This document shows, piece after piece, positions 35,701 through 42,449 of a stretch of DNA of 64,000 nt. Position 1 is the first letter of the stretch; each line of letters starts with the position of its first letter. The notes under the pieces were generated by a model, which saw only the letters and a program-made list of their open reading frames with translations, made no database searches and had not been told where the DNA came from. Source of the DNA: an uncultured Pseudomonadota bacterium (GTDB taxonomy: Bacteria > Myxococcota_A > UBA796 > SXON01); assembly GCA_903875225.1 (NCBI GenBank), contig CAIQVJ010000019.1, positions 166,217 to 230,216 of the forward strand. The letters are read 5' to 3'. Position numbers and translations under genes: made by a program.

Positions 35701-36062
35701 CTGCCCAGTACTACATCGGCATGTCCTACTTCGTCTATGCCGACCTGCTGTACAACATTCCCCCGCCGAAGGGCCTGAGCGACGAAGAGCTCGACGTTTA
35801 CCGGGCGTTCGTGGATGAGAACTACCGGCTTCCCGTGGAGGATGCCGGTCGCAAGGCCCTCCAGGACTCGCTCAACAAGGCCAAGGGCGACAAGCGCTGG
35901 TCGGAGTGGAACTCCAAGACGCTGGGCGCCCTCAACGAGCGCTTCCCCTCCGATTTCCCGAGCGAGCGTGTTGAATCCCGGGGCATCATCGATCCAGGTG
36001 ACGTGCCGCTCGCGGGCCCGACATCCGAAATCACGAAGAAGGCTGAGGAGCCCACCCCATGA
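32712..36062 (+). CDS. Large periplasmic TPR protein, 1116 aa (GltD/AgmU/NfsD-like)
   Basis: ATGA overlap with the upstream stop. It has a signal peptide (RSVGLLVLAGVAAQPAAA). TPR/BamD-like repeats run throughout (AYYMLAWCY, AIYKLGWSNYKLNNYDAAL, LALYNAANQADIAGQ...). Confidence 0.8.
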   Translation: MTRPSTEGRRSPATERLVIAQRSVGLLVLAGVAAQPAAALDLPKSVNAAEFQAFHDTLDRFNDRMRELQADAATIVDQHQQAEEDRIASIYGTMIQKLQDDENAQRKAAVARLEAFLRKYPVSPYSADMKYRLADLYFETSELEYATAFQEYTRLQDAAAEHPDLVVPEPPQKNYARSVTLYKDILANNQEYDNLPEAYYMLAWCYNAQAAEQYDPEAGRLMNETIVSRYPGTPFANDANMMLGEYWFELPGPRANPVLNVPTAISYYQTVLNDGPTGRNYDKAIYKLGWSNYKLNNYDAALSFMVQLLDYSDKLFLQTGKPSNMRPEAVKYLAISYADMGFNQGKKPIDIAVTHLDKVGDRPWAHEELETLADILAKQAKFEDAIDTWAYLQTRWPLDPKNPVYQYNVAQAWMRNGIPDPAKAQEAMAKLSEVYREGGPWYVANRTNPDAIAIARGYIETSLADVATELYAKAQQTGNVQDYAAAADKFKEFLEKYPFGADYNDDEWYYASALYDSNQFEAALSAYDQVLKNDHSPYRDSARYQVLLVRAQLVLAKYGKLPDVPAGQTIERTITTDFGKQITVYSVSDEQKAFIAACDDVVDRQFADDDIKAMLEKARPGYIYTPGQIYYNHGNYTEARARFNKVIDRYPTTQEAGFAAGLLVQTYVNEGDLERVSTIIDELKARHLGEGGSSEALAKLDNVQEQAVFNLANALAEKGKHPESSAAYLSFLTRFPNSQYLNLALYNAANQADIAGQGADAIKLFERYVTTYPDDERSKDLYFRIADTYSATLELDKAIGYYTKLYTKFPSHTDAANAMYNAAFLMVGTGNHADAARRYELYATTFKDRPDAEDTYWRAGEQWDLVSEADGISFYKRYLDRFGASQPNHAIEALYKIAKAQEKKGDRGAAATWARLQDTFRSASGAALNQHTRSLAAEGAVKDLQKQFETLKVVKWTTSEEKNVEIIKVTMPAKIIAFKDQAISIVSTYQDYDSSAAAQYYIGMSYFVYADLLYNIPPPKGLSDEELDVYRAFVDENYRLPVEDAGRKALQDSLNKAKGDKRWSEWNSKTLGALNERFPSDFPSERVESRGIIDPGDVPLAGPTSEITKKAEEPTP

Positions 36063-37576
36063 GCCTCCGCTCGCTCTCGTTGCCGCTGGTCGGCGCCCTC
36101 TCGCTCGCACTGCTGGTAGGCTGCCCGAAAAAGGCCACGTCGACCTCTCCGGAGACTCCGGCTGCCGCGGACCCCGTGGCTGCCGCTCCTGTCGAGCCGA
36201 CCCAGCCGGCAGCGACAACCCCCGCGCCGGATCCGGATGCCGCGGCCGCGGCCGCAGCCGCCGAGGCCGAGGCCGCGCTCACGGTGAAGGATCCGTTCGA
36301 ACCTGACGATCGGCGGCAGTTGGACGATGCCGTCGCGATGCTGACCACCAAGGACGCCAACAAGGCGCAGCAGGCGCTGGAGCGGCTCGGCCCGCTCGCA
36401 TCGAAGTACGCCGACCAGGCCACGGTGCCCTACAACGCGGGTGTGGCCTGGATGATCCAGGGCAACGAAGACCAGGCGCGGAAGGAGTGGCTGCGGGCCA
36501 CCGCGATCGACCCCGCCCTCGACAAGGCGTGGCTCAATCTCGGCCTGCTCAGCCAGCGTGCCGGCCGCACGGACCTCGCGCTCGCGAGTTTTCAGTCCGG
36601 CCTGCGGTACAACAACCGCAGCGTCGACCTGCAGGTGGCCGCGATCAACGCGCTGCGTGAGGAAAAGCGCTACGACGAGGCGATCAAGCAGGCAAAGTCT
36701 GCGCTTTCGGTCAACTCGCGCGCGATTCCGCTTTTCTGCAACCTCGCGCTCATCTACCTCGAGACCAACCAGCTCGATCTCGCCGCGTTCCTCCTCAAGA
36801 AGGCCGACAATGACCTGAACGGCGATTCGAGTGCGCAACTGCACGCCACGCTCGGCCAGGTCCTGTACCGCAAGGGCTTTTCCGGCGACGCCGTCCTCGA
36901 GTTCAAGCAGGCGCTCGACATCGACCCCTTCCAGATGGCTGCGCTGCAGTTTCTCGGGAGCTACTACCTCGACAATCGCGCGTACGACGACGCCACGCCG
37001 CTCTGGGAGCGCGCAGCGGTGACCACCCCCAAGGACCCCGGGATCCACCTGAACCTCGGTATCTGCTACCGGGGGCTGGGCCGGTTCGACGACGCCAAGA
37101 AGGAGTATGAGCTGGCCCTGCAGCTCGACGCGAAGAACGCGGAGCCGTGGCGTGATCTCGCGGTGCTCTACGGCGACTACATGAAGAGCTACGACGCCGC
37201 TCTCGATGCGATCGGCCAGTACCGGGCCTCTGGCGGCGGGCCCCCCGCAGAGCTGGACGCCTGGGTCGCCTCCATCCAGAAGACGAAGGAGAAGGCGGAG
37301 AAAGCCAGGAAGCGCGAGGAGGACCGCAAAAAGAAGGACGCGGACGCCGCTGCGGCAGCCGCTGCGGCAGCCGCCCAGCCTGCTCCGACGGAGACCCCCG
37401 CGCCGGTCGACAACCCATCCCCGCCCGCAGGCGATGGCACGAGCCCCTGGGGCTCCCAGCCGCAGCCGACCCCGGCGCCCCAACCGACTCCGGCGCCGGC
37501 CCCACAGCCCGCACCGGAACCTGCTCCCGCTCCGCAGCCTCAACCCGATCCCTCGAGCCCATGGGGTGGACAATGA
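36059..37576 (+). CDS. TPR lipoprotein, 505 aa, with Pro/Gln/Ala-rich tail (GltE/AglT/NfsE-like)
   Basis: ATGA overlap with the upstream stop. Lipobox LALLVGC. Clear 34-aa TPR units follow (AWLNLGLLSQRAGRTDLALASFQSGLRYN..., IHLNLGICYRGLGRFDDAKKEYELALQLD). The tail is a lysine-rich KKEEDRKKKD segment followed by PQPTPAPQPTPAPAP, flanked by SPWGSQ / SPWGGQ. Confidence 0.82.
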   Translation: MSLRSLSLPLVGALSLALLVGCPKKATSTSPETPAAADPVAAAPVEPTQPAATTPAPDPDAAAAAAAAEAEAALTVKDPFEPDDRRQLDDAVAMLTTKDANKAQQALERLGPLASKYADQATVPYNAGVAWMIQGNEDQARKEWLRATAIDPALDKAWLNLGLLSQRAGRTDLALASFQSGLRYNNRSVDLQVAAINALREEKRYDEAIKQAKSALSVNSRAIPLFCNLALIYLETNQLDLAAFLLKKADNDLNGDSSAQLHATLGQVLYRKGFSGDAVLEFKQALDIDPFQMAALQFLGSYYLDNRAYDDATPLWERAAVTTPKDPGIHLNLGICYRGLGRFDDAKKEYELALQLDAKNAEPWRDLAVLYGDYMKSYDAALDAIGQYRASGGGPPAELDAWVASIQKTKEKAEKARKREEDRKKKDADAAAAAAAAAAQPAPTETPAPVDNPSPPAGDGTSPWGSQPQPTPAPQPTPAPAPQPAPEPAPAPQPQPDPSSPWGGQ

Positions 37577-37815
37577 ACGTATTTCCACGCAGCCCGCTCA
37601 CTCGCACCGCGCTTGTCCTGGTCCTCGCGGCGGCGGCCGCAGGGACGGCGTCTGCCCGAGAGTTCTCGTTCAGTGACAAGATCGTGGGCGAGACCCAGAA
37701 GCCGACGATCGACATCCTGATCTCACGGCAGAACCTCACCCCGAAGTACGTGCTCACCCTGAAGGAGAGCTTTCTCCCCAAGATCGTGGATGCCGTGAAC
37801 TCCAAGCCGTTCTGA
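37573..37815 (+). CDS. Small secreted protein, 80 aa (GltF/NfsF-like by size and position)
   Basis: ATGA overlap with the upstream stop. Signal peptide MNVFPRSPLTRTALVLVLAAAAAGTASA. The mature part is ~50 aa. Confidence 0.55.
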   Translation: MNVFPRSPLTRTALVLVLAAAAAGTASAREFSFSDKIVGETQKPTIDILISRQNLTPKYVLTLKESFLPKIVDAVNSKPF

Positions 37816-37818
37816 CGA

Positions 37819-38493
37819 TTGGACTGGAACCTCGCGAAGTGGGTGGAAGACGGCGGCGTCTTCATGTGGCCCATCCTGCTGTGCGCCGTCATCGGCGCCA
37901 CGATCTCGGCGGAGCGCGTCATCTTCCTGTTCCTGCGGGCATCGGTGCACGCGCAGACGTTTCTCGCGCAGATCCAGCGCCACGTGCTCGCGGGTGAGTA
38001 CGAGTCTGCGCTGAAGCTCTGCAATGCCGAGTCTGCGGCTGTCCTTCCGAGGGTGCTCAAGGCCGGGCTCCTTCGGGCAGGCCGCCCGGAGAACGAGGTG
38101 CGTGACGCGCTCGAAGAGGCCACGCTCGAGATCACTCCACTGGTGCAACAGCGCATCCCCTACATGACCACGATCGCCAACCTGTGCACGTTGTTGGGCC
38201 TGCTCGGGACGATCCAGGGGTTGATCCTGTCGTTCCACGCAGTCGCCGAGGCGAGTGCGGAGCAGCGGTCCACTGCGTTGGCCAGCGGCATCGCGGTGGC
38301 GATGAACGCCACGTTCGCGGGCCTGCTCGTGGCCATTCCGGTGCTCTCGGTGCACGCGGTGGTGGCGGCGAGGGCCAACCGGATCCTGGACGAGGTGGAC
38401 TACGCGTCCGCGCGCCTGGTGAACCTCCTCAACGCCGTGAGGTCGGAGTCGAAGGGGGGACCGGTGCCGCCGCCCTCCGGCTCCCTGGAGTAG
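37819..38493 (+). CDS. MotA/TolQ/ExbB-family proton channel (AglR-like)
   Basis: TTG start 3 nt after the previous stop. It has an N-terminal TM, a cytoplasmic loop, and the hallmark IANLCTLLGLLGTIQGLILSF ... GIAVAMNATFAGLLVAIPV. Confidence 0.9.
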   Translation: MDWNLAKWVEDGGVFMWPILLCAVIGATISAERVIFLFLRASVHAQTFLAQIQRHVLAGEYESALKLCNAESAAVLPRVLKAGLLRAGRPENEVRDALEEATLEITPLVQQRIPYMTTIANLCTLLGLLGTIQGLILSFHAVAEASAEQRSTALASGIAVAMNATFAGLLVAIPVLSVHAVVAARANRILDEVDYASARLVNLLNAVRSESKGGPVPPPSGSLE

Positions 38494-38494
38494 C

Positions 38495-38989
38495 TTGGCG
38501 CGCCGCGGCGGTTTGGAGGACACGGGGCCGGGGCTCGACCTCATCCCGATGTTGAGCGTGGTGGTTCACCTCGTCCCGATGCTTCTCTTGAGCGTGCGGT
38601 TCCTGGCGCTCTCGCAGATCGGGGCGCGCGGGCCGGTGATCTCGGCGCTGGACGCGCCCGACGCCGGATCGCTCGCAGACCAGTCCAAGCGCGTGGTGAG
38701 CGTGGAGATCGACGAGAAGGGATTCCTCGTTGGCGGGAGCCCGGGGCTGGACCCGCGAATCCCGTGCGCCGGGGACTGCTCCCCGAGCACGTATGATCTG
38801 GCGGCCCTCGGCAAGGCTCTCCGCACGCTGAAGGAGGAGCACCCCGACGAACGTCGCGTGGTGATCGCCCCGACGTCGACCGTGCCGTTCGAGGTGGTCG
38901 CGGCGGTGATGGCTGCCGCGCGATCCGACTGGTCCACCGGCAAGGAGCAGGTGCTCTTTCCCGAGCCCCTGCTCGCGGTGCGGCAGTGA
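38495..38989 (+). CDS. ExbD/TolR-family protein, paralog 1 (no TM aspartate)
   Basis: TTG start 1 nt after the previous stop. The TM helix LDLIPMLSVVVHLVPMLLL has Ser where ExbD Asp25 / TolR Asp23 aligns, and a His four residues later. The periplasmic domain carries VVIAP...VPFEVVAAVM. Confidence 0.8.
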   Translation: MARRGGLEDTGPGLDLIPMLSVVVHLVPMLLLSVRFLALSQIGARGPVISALDAPDAGSLADQSKRVVSVEIDEKGFLVGGSPGLDPRIPCAGDCSPSTYDLAALGKALRTLKEEHPDERRVVIAPTSTVPFEVVAAVMAAARSDWSTGKEQVLFPEPLLAVRQ

Positions 38990-39471
38990 ACCCGGACACC
39001 CGGAAGACCGCACGCGCCCGGAGGCAGCGCCGGTTGCAGCGCCGGTTGCCGACGAACCCCTATCTGCAGATCACGTCGATGACCGACATGTTCACGTTGA
39101 TCCTTGCCTTCCTGTTGACCTTCTACGATCCGAGCATCGTAGGTGCGCCCTCGCTGGTGCTGCCAGCGGTGCCGGTGAACGCCGAGGAGAAGCCCGGGCC
39201 GCGCATCGACGTGCGGTCGGACGGGATCGTGGTGGACGGTGTGCTGGTCGTGACTCTCGATGGGCACGGTGGTCTCCGACCGGGGGTGGAGCGGGACGCC
39301 GAGGGGATTCCGGCCGTTCGGGAAGCACTCTCCGCGCGGGCAAGGGACAGCGCCACGCTGCTCGTGGCGTGCGACAAGTCAGCGCCCTACGGGATCGTCG
39401 GCGATGTCCTGGCCTCGGCCCATGCCGCCGGCTTCGACGACTACCGGTTCGTCGTCGAGAGCACGAGGTGA
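38986..39471 (+). CDS. ExbD/TolR-family protein, paralog 2 (canonical TM aspartate)
   Basis: GTGA overlap with the upstream stop. An Arg-rich N-terminus is followed by the TM helix LQITSMTDMFTLILAFLLTF, with Asp at the conserved position. The periplasmic domain carries LLVACDKSAPYGIVGDVL. Confidence 0.85.
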   Translation: MNPDTRKTARARRQRRLQRRLPTNPYLQITSMTDMFTLILAFLLTFYDPSIVGAPSLVLPAVPVNAEEKPGPRIDVRSDGIVVDGVLVVTLDGHGGLRPGVERDAEGIPAVREALSARARDSATLLVACDKSAPYGIVGDVLASAHAAGFDDYRFVVESTR

Positions 39472-39632
39472 ACGCACCGGGGCGCAGATCGCCCGTCGCC
39501 GGCGACCTGACGAAATTGTTACCGCCCCGCGCCCGGGGCAGGGAACCAAAGTCGGGCTATGCTGTCAGGTAGATCAACGACCCCGGGTACGCCGGGGGAG
39601 TCCCGACCGGACCCTTCGACCCGGACCCGAAC

Positions 39633-40967
39633 ATGAGCACCGCCGCGCAGCCCATCCCCACGTCCAAGCCCAACCCCAAGGTCCTGCGCCTGGGCCTGAT
39701 CAAGGATGGCAAGGTCTCCGAACGCATCACGAAGATCGGGGAGGTCGTCAGCGTGGGCGAGAATCCCCGCAACCTCTTCGTCGTCACCGAGCCGCGCCTC
39801 GGGCAACGGCTGGAGATGTTCATCCCGCAGCGCGAGGGCTACCTGATGCAGGTGCCCGAGTGGGTGGAGGGCATGATCCAGACCAAGGACGGCATGAAGT
39901 CCATCGTGGACCTGCGTCCGACCGCCACGAAGAAGGGCGACCACTGGGTGTACGTGCTCGACGAGCGCATGCGCGGCAAGCTGGTGATCGGCACGAGCAG
40001 CATCCTGTTCCAGTTCGTGCCCGCCCCGCCGCAGCCCGAGCGCGCGATGTCCGCTGCGGACTTCCGCGCGAAGTGGTACGACGACGAGGACCCGCTGTTC
40101 CTCGCGCTGCTCGGCTCGTTTTCGTTGGTGGCCGCCAGCTTCATGACCTGGGTCTACATCACCCCGCGCCCCGACGACGCAGACCTCGCGAACGTTGACG
40201 ATGCGATCAAGCTCCTCGACAGGGACATCGAGCCCATCGAGATCGTCGTGAAGACCCCGGAGAAGGGCGCCGACGAGGACAAGCCGAAGGAGGACCCGAA
40301 GAAGGACGACGAGCCCAAGGACAAGAAGGACGCCTCGACCGCCACGAAGGAGAATCAGCCGCCATCGGTGGAGTCCGTCACGAAGAAGTCGCTGCTCATC
40401 CAGGTGCTCGGCGGCTACGGCGCCAATGAGAACGGCCTCGCCGCAGTCGACCTGCTCGGAGACGATTCCACCCGTGGGAGCCTCGACGAAGCGCTCAAGG
40501 GCGTCACGAACGTTCAGGAGGCCAGCGCCGCCGGGCTCGCGGCTCGTGAGGGCAGCAAGAACGGAAAGGAGAACGCCGGGGTCGGCATCTCGAATCAGGC
40601 GGGTGGGGATGCGGCCGCGGCTGCGGCAGTCGCCGTGCACGTGAAAAAGCCGAAGCTCGACTTCGGCGGCGGTGACGAGAACGCCGAGAGCGGCGACGCC
40701 ACAGCCATCCCGTCGGTGGTCAAGCGCAAGTCGGGCACCTTCCAGAGCTGCGTGGAAGCCGCGCTGAAGCAGGACGACAGCTTGTCGGGCCGCGTCACCA
40801 TCGGCTGGACGATCGCTGCGGGCGTGGTGCGTGACGCCCACGTCGTCGACAACACAACGGGCAACGCGGCTCTGGGCGCCTGCTTCGTCACGGGCGTGCG
40901 CGCGTTGCGGTTCGACGCGTCCATCAGCGCCGAGCCGGTGTACACCTGGGCGGTGTCGGGCCAGTAG
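39633..40967 (+). CDS. Bitopic protein with cytoplasmic N-domain, TM helix, Lys/Asp/Glu/Pro linker and C-terminal TonB_C-like (AgmX/PglI-type) domain (GltG/NfsG-like)
   Basis: TM helix PLFLALLGSFSLVAASFMTWVYI. Linker KTPEKGADEDKPKEDPKKDDEPKDKKD. The C-terminal ~80 aa (SCVEAALKQDDSLSGRVTIGWTIAAGVVRDAHVVDNTTGNAALGACFVTGVRALRF) match my recollection of the AgmX/PglI C-terminal domain. The gene is preceded by a 161-bp gap. Confidence 0.75.
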   Translation: MSTAAQPIPTSKPNPKVLRLGLIKDGKVSERITKIGEVVSVGENPRNLFVVTEPRLGQRLEMFIPQREGYLMQVPEWVEGMIQTKDGMKSIVDLRPTATKKGDHWVYVLDERMRGKLVIGTSSILFQFVPAPPQPERAMSAADFRAKWYDDEDPLFLALLGSFSLVAASFMTWVYITPRPDDADLANVDDAIKLLDRDIEPIEIVVKTPEKGADEDKPKEDPKKDDEPKDKKDASTATKENQPPSVESVTKKSLLIQVLGGYGANENGLAAVDLLGDDSTRGSLDEALKGVTNVQEASAAGLAAREGSKNGKENAGVGISNQAGGDAAAAAAVAVHVKKPKLDFGGGDENAESGDATAIPSVVKRKSGTFQSCVEAALKQDDSLSGRVTIGWTIAAGVVRDAHVVDNTTGNAALGACFVTGVRALRFDASISAEPVYTWAVSGQ

Positions 40968-40998
40968 GCGGTTCGCGGTTGCGTGCTGACACTGTGGT

Positions 40999-42378
40999 GT
41001 GACCGCGCGCAAACCCTCCTGCAGGCCCCCTGGCCCCGCGGCCATCGTACTGGTCCTCCTCCCTGTGGCGTCGGCCCGGGCTGCACCCGGCGATCACCTC
41101 CACCTCGGTGACGCGGTCGTCGCGCCTTCGCTAGGCGTCAGCGCCGCCTACGACGACAACGTGTACCTCGCGGACGGTGTCGACGCCCCGATCGTCGGGG
41201 CGCCCGGGCTCCTGGTCGAGCCCCGGTTCCGGGTCACGTTGGCCAAAAGCACCCTGCAGCTGAGCTGGGAGCTCGGGTACCGGTTGAGCAAGCTGCTCGA
41301 TCTCGCGCCCAACGACGGTGCTCGGGTGGGCAGGCTCGACCGGTTCAACGAGGTGGACAGCAGCGTCGACATCGCCGCGTTCACGGCGAGCCCGGTCGGC
41401 TTCCGGGTCTCGGATGCCTTCGCCATCAAGAACCAGCCGACGGAGGTCGAGGACGGCGCCACCCCCGCGAACCTGGTGACGACCTCGAACGCGGCGTCGG
41501 GTGGGCTCACATTGCGCCCACGCTCGGCGTTGACGCTTGATCTGCTGGGCCAGATCGGCCTCGACAACTACCGCGTCCCGGATGTGCAGACCGCCTCGGC
41601 GCCCACCTACAACAACCGTGCGAGCTTCGGGCCCCAACTCGACCTCCAATGGAGTGCCCTGCCGAAGTCAAACCTGATCCTCGATAGTTCGGTCACCTGG
41701 TATCGCTGGCAGAACCATCTGGTGCAGGCGGTCGGCCCGGAGGTGGAGGGGCCCGACTACGGGGACTACGTCGGGAAGCCCGACGCTCTCGCGTGGCGGG
41801 CGCGGGTGGGCATCGAAACCCCCCTGTCCACGAAGATCGGCGTGAAGGTCGAGGCGGGGCTCGGGCAGGCCTACTACGACGAGCGGACGGTGCTGCACGA
41901 CAGTGCGGGGCTGGACGTGAGCGCGGACGAGTTGGACCTCGCTGGTGGTGAGAGCTTCGGCCAGGATCTCACCGATCCCGGCGCCGGGCTGCTCGTAGAC
42001 GTGCAGGGGGCATGGGCGCCGGTGCAGAGCCAGTCGCTCGTCCTCGGCTACCGCAAGGACTTCGAGGATGCGGTGTTCACAAACTACATCGCCTACAACT
42101 ACGGGTATCTACGCTACCGGGGGACCTTCTGGGACCGGCTCGACCTCTCCCTGGAGGTAGGCGCCCGGCTGGAGAGCCTGCACGGGGAGGTCCATCGGGA
42201 CGACGTCATCGGCAGGGCCCGGGGCGAGGTCGCCTACGTGATCACCGCCGCGACCGCGGTGCGGCTCGCGGGGCAGTGGTCCCAGCGAGCGTGTGCTGTG
42301 CGGGGGTGTGAAGGTGTGTACGCCCCGACGCAGTACACCGATCTCGAGGCGGAGATCGGGGTGGCCGTGACCTACTGA
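40999..42378 (+). CDS. Outer-membrane beta-barrel protein (GltH/NfsH-like by position)
   Basis: GTG start. Signal peptide (AAIVLVLLPVASARA). Alternating hydrophobic beta-strand pattern throughout and a C-terminal EIGVAVTY with a terminal aromatic residue. Confidence 0.7.
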   Translation: MTARKPSCRPPGPAAIVLVLLPVASARAAPGDHLHLGDAVVAPSLGVSAAYDDNVYLADGVDAPIVGAPGLLVEPRFRVTLAKSTLQLSWELGYRLSKLLDLAPNDGARVGRLDRFNEVDSSVDIAAFTASPVGFRVSDAFAIKNQPTEVEDGATPANLVTTSNAASGGLTLRPRSALTLDLLGQIGLDNYRVPDVQTASAPTYNNRASFGPQLDLQWSALPKSNLILDSSVTWYRWQNHLVQAVGPEVEGPDYGDYVGKPDALAWRARVGIETPLSTKIGVKVEAGLGQAYYDERTVLHDSAGLDVSADELDLAGGESFGQDLTDPGAGLLVDVQGAWAPVQSQSLVLGYRKDFEDAVFTNYIAYNYGYLRYRGTFWDRLDLSLEVGARLESLHGEVHRDDVIGRARGEVAYVITAATAVRLAGQWSQRACAVRGCEGVYAPTQYTDLEAEIGVAVTY

Positions 42379-42449
42379 GACAGGGTTGAGTACCGGTGGT
42401 GACACGTCAAGGGAAAGACGGTAGGATGGACCGTTGACGGAGCTCACAA

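Noticed and set aside
32742-36218. 1158-aa ORF on the minus strand, the second-longest ORF in the window
   Set aside because: It is exactly antisense to the 1116-aa TPR gene. Its translation is Arg/Gly/Val/Leu/Pro-biased low-complexity sequence with no motifs. It is a typical shadow ORF of a high-GC gene, in which stop codons are rare in the antisense frame.
29877-42378. Reading the cluster as an ordinary Tol-Pal or ExbB-ExbD-TonB system
   Set aside because: There are no TolA, TolB, Pal or CpoB genes and no TonB-dependent receptor. There are three large TPR proteins and two ExbD paralogs, and the gene order mirrors Glt/Nfs. A divergent Tol-like function cannot be fully excluded without searches.
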